From NCBI GenBank assembly GCA_016748015.1, contig JAAOMT010000543.1, positions 186,001 to 250,000 on the forward strand: a stretch of 64,000 bases of DNA, given 5' to 3'. Of this stretch, positions 37,991-52,700 are shown piece after piece. Under the pieces are notes generated by a model. It worked only from the letters and a program-made list of their open reading frames with translations, searched no databases and had not been told where the DNA came from. This DNA is from Geosiphon pyriformis uo1 (taxonomy: Eukaryota; Fungi; Glomeromycota). Numbering within the stretch: the stretch's first letter is position 1; each line of letters begins with the position of its first letter. The position numbers and the translations under genes are program-made.

Positions 37991-39401
37991 ACTGGAGTTG
38001 TATTTTTTTCTTTTATTTGAATTTTTCAAATTTAATCTTATATTTATTATCTTTAATAAGTAATAATATGTTAAGAATATAATATTTTGGACACTATTGG
38101 TTATTATAAAACATAATACATTCTTCATATAGTTGAATGTTTATTTGTTTTAGTTGTTGAATTTGGGTTTTTTTGATAAGTAAACATGGCTAAAAGTTAA
38201 ATAATAGAGTTCAACTTTATTTTTATAGTCAAATCTAACTAATTTCATTGTATATTCGATGTACTTTGCTTTTTTTATTTGGCAAATGTTTTTTTGGAAT
38301 TCTTTATTGATAAAAATTATAACTAGTTTGTAAATTATTTTAGTATTATATGAGTAGCAATAAAATTTGTTAAATATACTATTATATACTGCTGTAAATA
38401 ATGTTCCATGTTTTATTTTTTCAGAGATAAAAAAAGCATATTGGCAGATTTGATTGCAAACTTTTCCTTTTATTATAATATTAATCTAATAGTATTCTTT
38501 AAACAGTGATTTTTTACATAGAAGACAAAATGTATTATCTTATTTTATATTTTATTTTGGACTGCTAAATCATTTTTAGTAGCAGATTTTACAATAATAA
38601 CAAGTGTGAATTTCATATGTTTTTTTTCGTGATATACAAGCTTTCATAAATGAAAGTTTTTTGTTATAATTTTTATATTTAAATGAAATATAAGCTGGTT
38701 GTTTTTTTGGTGTTACCAATAGAATTTTAGTCAATAATTAACATAAAATTACCTTTATAATTTTTATATTATTATTATTTTAATTATCACTTATTATTTA
38801 AACAAATTATCAAATATTATTATTTAATTAATAACTCAATTTATATAATACAAATATAATGATCAGATTATGCAATACTCTGAACTCTATAACATTCAAG
38901 AATTTGCCAAAATTTGTAAAATTTTGCAAAATAATTAAATAATTCAACAAAATAGTTAATAGTTCATAGAAACAACTTGTAGTTTACTGAAATATATTTT
39001 TAATTTACCAAAATAATAGCAAAAAGAAAAGTGCAAGTTCATAGATTAGTACTATTACAAATTATATAAAAGAAGAGCTTTTTTCTTTAAAAAACAACAA
39101 AATTATAATTAATTTACTTGAAATTCTTCAAATTTTTCATTAAGATTTTAAAATTGATTAGTTACCAATTTCAGTAATCTGTTTGTAATTCTAAGCCTGA
39201 ACAAAAGACAATTTTTTTAACAAAATTCTTTTTTTTTTACATTTTTTTTATTTTTATTATTATATATATTAAAATAACCTATAATGAGATTTCTGTAAAA
39301 GAGTTAACTTTTATAGCAAAGTAATTACACATTTTTTAGTGAACTTTTAAATAAGCATTTTCTAGAAAAAAGTTAACTTTTATTGCAAAATAACTGACAT
39401 A

Positions 39402-39993
39402 CAGAGGGTGTCCAAAAGTTTCCGAACAAACTTTGGAGTAACATTCCACATGCTTGAATAATTAGAAAAGCACGAGTTTATTACTAAATTAAGTTAGTTA
39501 ATTATTTAATTATGCGTTTTTTATTTTTTAAACACGCGTGTATAATGTTTTTTCGCGACGCGCATAATCGATTTTATTCATACTCGTTTTTTTATAAAAA
39601 TGAAATGTAACGCGCATATAAGATTTTTTCGTCGTTTTTATTAAAACGAAATGGGAGCAAAAAAAGAATTAACGATTGCTCAACGTAATACTATATGCTT
39701 ATTACAACAGCATGGCAAGAAATATCGTGATATTGCCAACATAGTCAATTGCAGCTTGACAACAGTTTCGGATACAATAAAACGATTTAAAGAAACTGGT
39801 TCAATTGATTCAAGACCTCGTTCAGGACGTCCACGTTTATTTACTCACCAAAAATATCGCCGACTTAAACGTTTAGTAACACTTAATGGAAAAATTTAGA
39901 AAATTACTATAAAATTATAAATATGTTGTTTATTTTGTTTTATTTTATAAAAAAATAAATATTATTTTTAAATAAAATCTTGGACACCCTCTG
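39402..39993 (+). mobile_element. Internally deleted (non-autonomous) Tc1/mariner DNA transposon, 592 bp
   Basis: Perfect 14-bp TIRs CAGAGGGTGTCCAA / TTGGACACCCTCTG, with a TA duplication at 39400-39401 and 39994-39995. Confidence 0.93.
39651..39899 (+). CDS. Truncated Tc1 transposase: N-terminal paired-like HTH only, no DDE domain
   Basis: MGAKKELT..QR..I......GK.YRDIA..VNCS.TTV...IKRF.ETG....RPRSGRPR, the Tc1 PAI subdomain plus the GRPR AT-hook. Confidence 0.85.
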   Translation: MGAKKELTIAQRNTICLLQQHGKKYRDIANIVNCSLTTVSDTIKRFKETGSIDSRPRSGRPRLFTHQKYRRLKRLVTLNGKI

Positions 39994-42796
39994 TAGAATT
40001 GATTATTCTATTTATAAGCTTAGCAGTTTAAATTATAGAAGATTATTTGAAAATAAATTCAATTATTAAAAGTTTAACAACTTCCAATAATTCAGAATTA
40101 CCAGTAACACAACATAAATAATATTCAAGAAAAGAGACCAAAAACCTCCAATAATATTAGTTCTAATTTTAAGTATAAAACATACTAACTGTTGGCTAAT
40201 TTTTTCAAGTCATAATAAAATTAGTTGTAATGTAAATGTTTTAAATAACTGTTTAGTTTTTTCAGCCCAATTGAACCAAGAGTTAAGTGCTATGTAAATT
40301 TTAGTAGTTGGTTTTTTTTTTCAAATTTAAAAACTAGAGCTTTCTTGAATTGTTTGTTAAAAATACTACAAATAACAGATACTTTGGTATATTGTTTTTG
40401 ATATAAAATCTTGAACTTCTAGATTTTCTAATCTAAATTTGTATTTGCTTTAAAAAACCAATTATTTTTAACAAAAGCTTAATATTGAGGTGTATCTATA
40501 ACTAAAACTTTGACTGAAATGATAATTTTATTAATTTTTCTTACTGGCGTTTTTTATATCATCTGTTATAATAATCACAATTTGGGTAAATTTGTTAACA
40601 GTTTATTAAAACTGTTATATTAATTGATAAATAATAATATTTTTAGCAAATCTACTGTTTAGAATTAAGCAAATTGGCTTTCTTTTAACTTTTGTTTCAA
40701 TGTATATAGCTGTAATTGCTTTTTGTTTAATACTGTTGTATTGCTAAGCAAAAATAGTAATTTGTTTGCTTTAAATTTGAATGGAAAAACATTTGAAAGA
40801 TTTGTATTTTTAGCAATTTTGGCTAATAAAATAGTATAATTATTGTAAAAAAAAGTTTGTCTTTATGCTATATTTTTACTTTTAAAAAGTATAGTTTGTT
40901 GAAAATTCTGTTTTTTAGACATAGTTAAATAATTGAGTTGGATATATAATAATTAAATCTTTGTTAATTAGGGTTTTGGAGTATTAATTAATTATTATTG
41001 CAATTATTATTAACAAAAAACCGATTTTGTGGTGTAAATTGGTTCTGTTAAATTAATTTGTAAGCAAAAACTTAATATTATTAAACTGGTGATAATTGTT
41101 AGTATTGTAGAGATTGTTGTACTATTGTTATTAAATTGGTTATAGAGTTGATTAGTAATAATTGTTTTGATATTATGATCTTAGTAGATAATATGATGAG
41201 TAGTAAAAATTGGTAGTAAAATTGCTGAAGTTAAAAATAATATTAATTATTCTTTTGTTGTTAATTTCTATAATTTTTAACAGTTTTATTTTTAATGTTT
41301 TGAAATATTACAATAATAACAGTTTTAAGATTGGTTTTTAAATGTTAAAAGGTTTTTTTGGTTTTGGTATTGAGATAATTGATATTTTTATTAATTGATA
41401 AAATATGTTTTAATTTTCTTGGTAAGTTGATTAATTTTTTCTTTAGTGACTAAACTGGTTTTTTCAAATGCAAAGTTAACAAGTTTAGTATAATTGGCTT
41501 TTTTTATAATTATTTTATAGTTTTTAGCATGTATTATAACAGTGATTAAATTCTTAAATATATGTAATTAAATTTTTTTAATAAGTTTATCTTTTAGTCC
41601 AATAACAAATTAATCTAATAGTTAAGTATTTGAATAATAATTGTTGCTTTCTAACTGTTTAATTCTTTAAAGAAGCTTATTAAACTTTTCAAAATAAGTT
41701 ATAATAGATTTAATATGTTTCTGTTTAATGTTTTAAAAATTATTTTAGAGAGTAATTAAAGTGTTGTTGTTAGTAAACTGCTTAAAAAAAACAGTTTCAA
41801 AAGCTGACCAGTCAAGAAAAAATGCTACTAAATTTTTAAATCATTTAGCTATAGTTTTTTATAAAAAATAAAAAATTGTTTTTAGTATTTTTGCTGTATT
41901 TTATCTATTGATATCTTTAACTTTAGTAACTTTGTTAAACCATTTTTAAAAACTGGTTTTAGAGTTTTTTTCTGAAAATTTAAAGATTTTTGTAATGTAA
42001 ATAATAGTTATTTCTTTGTTTTTATTGTTATTAGTATATTTTTACTATTTTTTTATTTTTTATTTTTTCTCTTTTTTAATTGGTTCAAAAATGTTTTTTT
42101 CGTAAGTTAATGTTTCTAAATATTAACTTTGGTTTTTTGCTAAATAATTAAGAAAATTAATATTAATATAAATTAGTTTTAGCTGTTGAATTAGACTTTT
42201 AGTAAAGTTTTTTGGTCTTGAAAATTAATTAAATAGTAAATTTGGTATTTGTGCTTAAGCAAACAAAATTGAAAAAAATATAATTAAAAGTGATAGTTTA
42301 TAATTGGTTCTTTATTTAAGTGTTTGCAAGTATTAAAAGACTGTTTTTAATGTATTAAAAATTGTATAAACTGGTTGGGTGTTTTTTTTTGTTTTTGCTG
42401 CTTGTTTTAGATTTAAATTTAAGTTTAAAAACAAATTATGAATTAGCAGAAGATTTTTTTTCACAAAACTTAATAATATTATAATCAAATTTTTCAAAAT
42501 AAATAGTGCAATTATCAATACTAATATTTTTTAAATCTTTATTTGAGTAGTAGATAAGATTTTTAGGAAGATTTTACTTGATTTTTGTAATATTGTAATT
42601 TCCAAAGAAATAATTATTAATTTGGTTTTCAATATATTAGAAAAGTGTTTTTTTAAAAGTTATAATTTTGTTTTAGATTTTAAATTATTGTTTGCAGTAA
42701 GTGTAAATTAACTAATAGTACTCTAGAGTTGTTATGTCTAATATGGTTTTCACTTTGATTTAATTATTGTTGTGTTATTTCAGAGAAAACACCAAA

Positions 42797-43790
42797 TGTT
42801 ATTAGAAATTTTTGGTCTCTTTTTTTAAATGTTGTTAATATTGTTTTGCTGTTAATTTCTTATTATTAGAAGTTGTTGAATCTCTAATAACTGAATTTAT
42901 TTTCAAATTATTTTTTATAATTTGAACTGTTGAATTTATAAATAGAATAGCCAATTTTATGCCAGTTATTTATATAATTACTTTGCAATAAAAGTCAACT
43001 CTTATTCAAAAAATGTTTATTTAAAAGTTCATTAAAAATATATAGTTATTTTGTTGTAAAAATCAACTTTTTTACAAAAATTTTGTCTGTAAACTACTTT
43101 AATATATATATTAAAAAATAAAAAAAATAAAAAAAAATGTAAAAAAAATTTTGTTTAAGAAAATTGTTTTCTGTTTAAGTCTGGCATTACTAACAAATTA
43201 CTAAAATTGGTAACTAATTAATTTTAAAATGTTAATTGATATTTGAAAAAATTTTAAGTAAAATAATTATAAATTTGTTGTTTTTAATATAGTTTTTATT
43301 AAAGTAATTTGTATAGATACCAAGAAAAATAAGTTTTAATAAATATAAATTCAAATTGAAATGAGTTTTAACTAAAATATATTTTTTCAAAAAAAAAGTT
43401 TTTCTTTTATATAAATTTGTTATAATAATATTTTTTAATTTAGCACTTTTTTTTTTCTAATATTTTAACAAACTAAAAATATATTTTGTTAAATTATAAG
43501 TTGTTTCTGTAAACTATAAATTATTTTAGTAAACTGTTGAATATTTTGTCGAATTATTAAGTATTTTGGCAAATTCTGAATATTATATAATTTAATGTAT
43601 TATATGATTTGATTATTGTAATTTAGTTATTTTTGTGTTTTATATAAATCAGATTATTAATTAAATAATAATTTGAATAATTTGATAAAATAATAAGTAA
43701 TAAATTGAAATAATAATATATACTATTTAATAATAAAAATTATAAAAATAATTTCATACTAAATAATATTTCAATTTTTTACTAGTAATA
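42797..43790 (-). repeat. 5' LTR of Gypsy A
   Basis: Direct repeat of 31402-32363, followed on the minus strand by the PBS TTTGGTGTTTTCTCTG. Confidence 0.88.
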
Positions 43791-44748
43791 TTAAAAATAG
43801 TTAAACATTAATACAGTACATTTTGAATATAGTTAATAAGTTTTTTAAGATCAATAATATTTTTATTAACAATAATAAAACAGTTGCAATTTTTATTAAC
43901 CAAAGAGTAATAAACTTTTTATTGTTAAACATAATAAATTTCACAGATACTTAGAAATTTTTCTGTCAACAAAGAGTATATCTAAACCAAGTTTATCAAA
44001 ATACAATTAAATATTAGGTTTTTTTTAAATATAGTTATTAAAAAAACATTGTTTGATAAACAATTTTTGTGTTTAGTTTCAGTTGTTTTGCAATTTATAT
44101 TTGATTACTAAATACAGTTTAATTTTATGTCTAAGAATATGTGTTAAAAATAGAATATTTTAATAATAAAAAAGTTTAAGTTTAAAGCCAATTTGCCTAA
44201 AGACTTTTTTAATAAGACTTTATATTACTTATCTCTATATAAATTGAAATTTTTTGAGCAAATACAAGTAGAAAACAAAATGGCTTCAGTTGTTAGGTTT
44301 TCTAATATAACAAATATTCTTGGCTGTTTATTCAAGCACTGTTTTTTAAATTTGCAAATTACAAACTAAACACCCATAAATCTATTGTAAAAATATTTTT
44401 AGACAATAAAATTTCTTTAATTAACAACTTACTTAGTGCTTTTTATTTTTTTGGCTATTTTTCAATATTTAAGATTTTGGAAGATCTCTATTATTTTAAT
44501 ATTGTTTATTTTTTAAAGCACACAAGTATTGTCTTTAAAAACAGATTGTTAGATAAATATAATGTGGTTTTAAATTGGAAAATTTTTTATTGTTAAAAAA
44601 AATTAAGTTCTAAAAATCCAATACTATTATGATTTATTAAAGTTTTAGTTTACATAAATAAACTTTTGCTAATTTTGATAAAATTGCTTTAACTTCTGAT
44701 TACTCAAATTTTTTTTGTTCAGAAAAATTTTTAAATATTTATAATTGT

Positions 44749-45709
44749 TGTTACCCAAGTAGAAAAAAACAAATTCAAAAGATATTGAAAAACCATGATT
44801 AGTAAATATAATAATATAGAAAAACATAATAATATGAAATAACACAATAACGTAAAATAATACAAAAATACTAGCCATAACATAGAATAACTAATTACAG
44901 TGTAAAAAAACAAAGCAACAACAGAAATAGCAAACAATAACTAATAATAACAAGTGATTAAAAAATAATTTTGTAAAACTAAAAATATATATAAAAAATA
45001 AATAGTTTAATAGTAAAAAAAAACAGACAAAAAAATAGTCAGATAAAAAATATATCTTTTACTTATATTTATTAAATCTATTTTATTTATATATTTATAT
45101 TATTTTAAATAAAAAAAATATTTAAAACAAAAAAAATTACTTATTTATGATCTATGAATTTTATGTTTAAACTAAATTATGCATTTTTTATTTTTATTTC
45201 CAGCCAAATACTCTTAACATAAAATTTTTTAAACCAATAATAGCTTAGACTACTTATTTTTGATTATAATAATTAATAATACTAATTTTTTTTATTTTTT
45301 TTTTATTTTTTCCTCTTTTATTTTATTTTATTTTCTCTTTTGTGAAGCAGCAACATTGCAAAATTAATTGTTTGAAAATAAACTTCATAACAGCTTAGTA
45401 AAAAAAGAAGTTTTTTTTAGAATTGTATCTTGTTAACTTATCAAAAAGACAAAAAGACACTACTAGATCTTAGTAACTGTATTCAACTAGCTCAGAAAAA
45501 ATATCTCATACATTTAAGCCATAAATAATTAAATACTTTTCTGTGTTTTATAAATAAAAAACTCACCAGATAAAACTATCAAAAAATCTTTAAAAACTAA
45601 TATCAAATGACTTATTTTAAGTATTTAAAATAGAAGTTTTCAAGCTTTTATTATCCAAATTTAAAGCATTAAATGTTATTATTATACTTTATCAAATTTA
45701 CTCATAATA
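44749..45709 (+). repeat. 5' LTR of Gypsy B
   Basis: TGTTACCCAAGTAG...CTCATAATA; direct repeat of 53639-54604. Confidence 0.88.
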
Positions 45710-48700
45710 TTTGGTGCTCTTTATAAGATTATAAAATCTATAAAGACAGAGAACTCTAAAAATTTACCAAAGTAATAACTATTAAAACTATAAAAAAAGA
45801 TTATTCACTATATAAAAAAGCATTATTTTAACACTTTAGAAAAGATTTAGAAATACCAATAGAAATTGTTATTACAAAAAGTAATTTTTATTACTATATA
45901 CATGTCAAAGTTGACTACTTATAAGAACAAACAACAGACACAAAAAAACTTAAAAAACAAATCTATTAAAATTTATTAGTATACTTAATTTTAATTACTA
46001 TATAGATAATAGCTAAAATTTTTCTAATAATCAATCAGGAAATCCCAAAATACATTAGCAAACAGTATTTTCAAATAAAAAAAAACCATTAAAACTCAAT
46101 TTCAAAGAATCTATATCTAAAGACAAAAGTATATTAGCCATATAAAAAAAAATTTGACTCATAATCAACAAAAAATCAAGGCTTTTTTTGCCAACAACTT
46201 TCTTATATTATTAAATCTCTAAAAGCAGAATTCTGTTTAACCAACTTATAGAAACACAATTAAAAACTTCAAAAACTTCTAGAACTTTGTATTATTGGGA
46301 TTATAACCAAAATTTTTAGACCAAATCTTTAAGAAAATATGGATTATTGTTTGAAAATCTTACTTTAGCAGTTAGTAAAACTAGTGCAAATCCTTTTTTT
46401 AGACACAATCATTAATATTATTTTTAAACAAATCAACTATTATATTTTTAAGTAAAACTATTATCTTACAACCTATTGGCTATTCTAATAAAAAAAACGA
46501 CTAGCCATAAGCTCAACAAAACAATCAGACTTGTTTTTGTTGATATTTTTTTTATCAACAATCAAACTAATTTTTATTACTCAAATCATGACTTACAGAG
46601 ACATTACCAGACTGAAAAAAATTTTTAGTAAAGAAAAAAATGCATATATTTGGATTATAGAAGCCAAAAAAACAATCAGAATCAATAATTAAAACAAAAT
46701 TAAAACAATCTAAGCTTTACTGTTTTTTTTAACAAAAACTGTAAATTCATAATATTAAAGTCTTAAAAAGAAACCAGCCAACTTTGCTGCTTTTAAACTC
46801 AGCTTTCTACAATATTTTTGTGATTTTAATATGTTTATTAGACTACAAAATCAATTTAGTGTAATAAAATAAAAAGATCATAAAGCAGTAACTATGTATT
46901 TCGAGCAATTTAATCAAATTTTTCACCAAATTCAAACAATCAAAAAAAACTATTATATATTAGGACAAACTTTTAACCAATTTATCAAAGAACAAAAATT
47001 AATATTCTTTAATCTATTAGATTTTATTACCTTGACAACTTACAAGAAACTATAATGCTTGTTTATAACTTTAAATTAGTGAAGCAAAAAGCCAATTATA
47101 CCCAAGTCATCAACTTAACCATAAATAAAATTTCAGAAATTAATGTCAAGCTTATCAATTAAGTAAAAAATTAACTCAAAAAATTAAGAAATTTTAACAG
47201 AAAACTTTGAATCTTATTAATCACAACAACATAAAAACAACTCCAACAGTTATCAACAACAACAAAATTAACAATAACAACAACAACTTTGGAAATCAAA
47301 TCTTCATAATTGTTACTATTGTCAGAAACCAGACATATTGTAAAAGATTACAAAAAAAAACAAACTAATCAAAACTGAAAAAATCAATATTAATCACAAC
47401 CAATATATTTTTAAGCCATAAGATTTCAATATTTTTTATTATAATACTCACAATTATAGTATTTATCTTAATTTTTTTTGACTTATTATTAGTCTTTACA
47501 AGTAATAACACAAATAATACTTTAGTATCAAGCTTTGATATATAATAATCTAAACTCCAAATCATTAACTATAATCAAAGATAATAAAATATTTATGGAA
47601 ATTAAACACAATCTATTAGTAAATTAACAAAACCAGTATATTATAGCAATATACTACTTCAAATAACATAAACAAAATATTCAAATTAGGTTTCATATTT
47701 TGGTCTTATAAAAACTCTGAATTTTTATAATATTATAGATTGGAACAAAAAAAATATAGTTGAAATTACCAATTTTTTCTCTCTTAATTTTAGTCAAATT
47801 GTCAATACAATTTTTCTTGCCATTATTACTAAAAATAATATATTAATTACCATATTTCTATTTGATATTAACAGTTTAAACACTACTAATTTTTTTAATA
47901 GAGCTGCTATTAATTAAAATAAGCCAATTATAACAATATACACTGACACCAGAATAGAACAAATAAATATTAAATTAATATTTAATAGTAAATTTACAGA
48001 CAGCATAATCATAAAACAACTCATGAATTAATTAGATCACCAAATAAATTGTGCAATCACAACTAGAATAATTACTATAGATAGGAATACCAAAACACTA
48101 ATAAAAGAGATTAACAATTTTTTTTTTAAAATTCATAACATCAATATCCCAATAAAAGTATTTATTATAGAAGCTATTTAATATCAAGCCTTAGTTAGAA
48201 ATAATTAACTATTAAAAAACCATGTCATATTAAACTAGAATACATAAAAACTACAAATTATTTTTAATAGACAATATATTAAAGTATTTACAATATGTGA
48301 ATACTTTAGAATAGTAGCTTTAAAATAATGTCTAATTAAATTTAAAGAACTTACTTTCTAGCCAATTTTAAAAATCTATCAAGTTTCTTGAGCTAATAAT
48401 TTTCAGATAAAGCTACTGCTACTTTTTATCTGGAAAGAAAAAGATAAAAGAAGAGTTAATAAAAAACTGCAGGAATTACTATCAATCTACTTAATTTTAA
48501 ATTAAAAAAATTAACTATATTAACCTCTAAAATTAATTTGTGTCAATTATGAAAAAAAGTTATTTTCAATAAACACCTATATTAAAGATAATAAAATATA
48601 ACCTATTACTATCAAATATTATTGCTAATTTTATGTGTTAAAATGATTTAAACAACAAAAATAACAAGGCAAATAGAACAATATACCATGACTTACATAT

Positions 48701-49299
48701 GGCAAAATCTTACCAAATAAAAAATTATGAAATGATGTTTTTGACAAAGAAAAAACATATAATAAATTCTGTCAGTACATTATTTTAATTAATAACTAAC
48801 CCCAAAAAAAACTTTATTTGTCACAGTCTATAATTGAACAATAAACCAATTGGATTTATACTCCTACAATAAAAAAAATTGGAATATAATTACAGCAAAA
48901 TAAAAAAATACCACAATTAAAAAAGTACACATCATAAAAAATGTCTTAGTAACTATTAAAAAAATAGATAACTTATTTACAAATAACTCTAAAGTATTTT
49001 AAAACTAATATTAAAAATTTGCTTTTATTTAAGAAAAATAAAAACAGAGATTAACAGATTTTAATACAAAACTGTGCAATTATTACTTGATCTTTTGTTA
49101 TTTTTAGTATTGCAATAAGTGTAATTTTTTGTTTAATCTATCTTTAAAAACACTATATCCTATTATCAAACTATCAGAATTTGAAAAAAATATAAGTTTA
49201 CTACTAAGAGCATGTCATTTTAAAAGCCAAGTAAGACTACCAAAATAGAACAATATTTTGCTTATTTCGATCTTTTCAAAAAGTTAAAACTAAAATTAT

Positions 49300-49720
49300 A
49301 TAATAATGACAATGAAAAAATATGCTCTAAAAAAATACATGAAAATAATACTGAATTTAATTTAAAATACTTTGGATAATTTCTTATAGTTATAGCTCCA
49401 TATTCTTTTGTAAAAATAGATCTCAAAATAGCTTTAGAAATTTCTATTAATATTATAATCCAAGTTGTCTTTTAGTTTAGCTTGAGAAAAAAAAATTGAT
49501 ATAAAAAAAGGTATTATTGATTTAAGATATATAAAAAACATTGTTGTAATATTACAAAACAATTTCAATAAACTTTATATAATTAAATTACAAGAAAAGA
49601 TTATTCAAGCTAATTTTTTGCCCTTTATAAAAATACTTTAATTAATTTTAGTGATCACATATAAAAAATTAAACCTTATTGCTCAAAAATTAAAGAGTTT
49701 AAATTAAGTAAAAGAGAAAA
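49300..49720 (+). pseudogene. dUTPase domain remnant in Gypsy B pol
   Basis: Reads KKIHENNTEFNLKY...FSLRKK.IDIKKGIIDLRYIKNIVVILQNN...KIIQANFLP, between protease and RT. Confidence 0.7.
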
Positions 49721-52700
49721 TATATTAATTAATTTTATAAAAGACAACAGTAATAAAATAAAACTTATCTATATTAACATGATTATTTTCATTTTTTCAT
49801 ATTAACAATATATTCTAAAAATGAATTGAAAAATTTAAAATCAAGTTTTTTTATTCAAAACTAATCCAGAAATCTGTTTTTTAGCCAATGTTGTTAACTT
49901 ATACATACTTGTCAAAGCTTACAAGCACTTCAAAATTTTTATCCACAATTTTATTAAAGATATTATTGAGATTTTTAAAAAAATTCTTGTTGGTTCTATT
50001 TTCTCAAACATTTAAAATTCTGAGAATTCCAGTCTATTCCAAACTTTGCACAATTGTTTTTATTTTGTAATATTATCTTTCAAGTATAAAATCTGCCAAA
50101 AAAAAGCTACTTGTTTATACCAGAAGAAATTGCTAAATTAAATTTAAAAAATTTAAGTACTTTACAACAGATACAACTTAAAGTTTTTTTAAAACAATAC
50201 ACTGATATTTTTGTCAACAAAAATAAATTCAGACATATTAATATTATAAAACATCAGATTAATATAAAAAATGCCAAATTCATCAAACAATAAGCCTATT
50301 AAATAAACTTAATAGGCAATAATCTGATTAAACAGGAAATATAATAGATGCTAAATAATGAATTGATTAAGGAATTATTAAGTTCTTGATTTTTTTTAGT
50401 AGTATTGGTTACCAAAAAAAATGAGAAAATATCATTCTGTATAGACTACCAAAAACTTAACAATATTATTCAAGAAGATAGCTATTCAACTCCTTTTATT
50501 TAAGAAATTTTGGACAACTTAGGAAATAAAAAATAGTTCTCTTCTTTAAACTTAATCAGTGAATATTGACAAGTTAAAATAAACTCTAAGAACAAAAAAA
50601 AATAGCATTTACTACAAAAAACAGAAATTTTGAATTCAATATAATGCTTTTTAGACTTTATAATATTTTAGCTATCTTTTATTGTCTTATAAATATTATG
50701 TACAAAGAAATTCTCTGAAAATTGGTTATAATATATTTGGACAATACCAATGTGTTTTTGGAAACATTTAATGACTATTTGCTCTATTTCTAACAAGTTT
50801 TTAATTGTTTATAGAGTGCTAAACTAAAAACAAATACTTTTTTGGAAAGATTAAATTAAAATTTTTAGAATACATAAAAAAAAAAATAGAGTAAGACCAA
50901 ATTTGATTAAAGTAAAAAAGATCAAAAACTTCTTGGTTCTAATTAACTTATAAGAATTAAAAAAAATTTTAAGATTAGCTAAATATTATCATAAATTTGT
51001 CAAAAATTTCTTAAATATTACAAACCATTCTATTATTTGCTGTCAAAATAAGTCTCATATTTATAGAGAAAAAAACAGCAAGAGGCTTTTAATTATTTTA
51101 AGCAATACTTAATAAAAACACCAATATTGGTTTATTTAGACTTTAATAAATGCTTTATAATTGCTATAAATGCTTCAAAAAATGCATTAGAAATTGTTCT
51201 GTCTCAAATTAAATTAAACAATTAAGAACATTTAATTGTCTATAGTACTAGTTCAGTGGAGAAAATATACAGTACAACAAATTTAAAATATCTTACTATT
51301 TATTAAACAGTACAAAATTGAAAACACTACTTTTACCAACTATTTGATTTATATACAGATTACAAAAAACTTATTTGGTTATTCAGCAAGCCACAGCTAA
51401 AAAAAAATATGTATGATAAAATACTTATTTGCAATAATTTTTATACAAAGTATATTATAAAGAAAAAACCAAGAATATTAATATTAACAGTTTGTTAAAA
51501 ATAATGCAAATTTGACCCAAAATTTTTAAACATAACTACCTATTAACAATTACATTAGTATATATTAACACTACAAGTCAAAAAAAATTATCTTAACAAG
51601 AACAAAGTAGTATATAAGAACAAGCTTGTAATTACTTTATTTAGAACAACTAACTATACTATTGAAAATGTTAAAACTATACTACTCCATAATAAGTTAT
51701 AAAAAACAGTAAAAAAAAACTGTTTTATATAGCATATACTCTAATTTAACTGTAGAACACTTTAACAAAGACACTATTTTAAAAAAATAATGAATCTATA
51801 TTATTGGCCAATAATATATAAGAATATTTTTGAATATATTATTAATTATAACTTATATTAATAAAAAAAAAAGCCAGAATCATAAAACCATTTTGACCTA
51901 TTCTAATTAGAAATTTATTTGATAAAATTAAAATTGATTTGGTTAGTTTTCTTTTATTTACATCCAAAAAAAACTTTTATATTGCTGTAATAATAAACTA
52001 CTTTATTAAATAGTCTAAATTAGAACTATTTTAGTGGTCAATGCTAAAACAATAGCTGAATTTGTGCATTAAAATTTAATTTGCTAATATAAATGCCTAA
52101 AAAAATTGTTATTCAACCAAAAAATATATTTTGTTAATAGTATATTAATCAAACTAAGCCAACAATTTGAAATAAAATAATTATTATTATTGTTATATCA
52201 TCTATAAACAAATAAATTAATAGAACAATTTAACCAAATATTATGTAAAGTATTAGCAAAAATAAGTTACAAAAATACACAAAAATGGAACTTATTCATA
52301 CTCTCTGTATTATTTATATATCAAACAATAAAACAAAATATTATCCAGTTTACACTATTTGAACTAGTATATAAAAGACAAGCCACTTTATTTATTAAAT
52401 AAAAAATACTTTTTTTTTAACAGAATCAATTACCAAAAAAAATTTTGAAGCTATTTTACATCAAAAAACATATTAGCTAATAAAAACATTAGAAAAAAAT
52501 TATAAAACAGCAGTTAACAATATTAATAATATTTAAGAATGACAAAAAAAAGACATAATAATTGCTTATCCAATCAGTTGAATTTAAGATTGAAAACAAA
52601 ATATTGTTATATCATACAAAAGCTAAAAAACAGTGAAGTGAAAAATTTGACCCAAAATAGAATAGACTATTTCATATACACAAAGTTTTAGGCAATAAAG

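Larger units (their letters stand above)
38711..40156 (+). mobile_element. Solo LTR of family A, inserted antisense into the Gypsy A internal region and interrupted by a Tc1 element
   Basis: Begins TGTTACCAATAGAA and is the reverse complement of the other family A LTRs. 4-bp TSD TTGG/TTAG. Confidence 0.85.
31402..43790 (-). mobile_element. Degenerate Ty3/Gypsy LTR retrotransposon, family A (gag-PR-dUTPase-RT-RH-IN)
   Basis: LTRs at 42797-43790 (5') and 31402-32363 (3') with TGTTA/TAACA ends. PBS TTTGGTG follows the 5' LTR and a purine run precedes the 3' LTR. Gag remnant ~41580-42020, RT/RH ~35900-37150, integrase ~34820-35760. TSD TTAG/TTAA. Confidence 0.85.
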
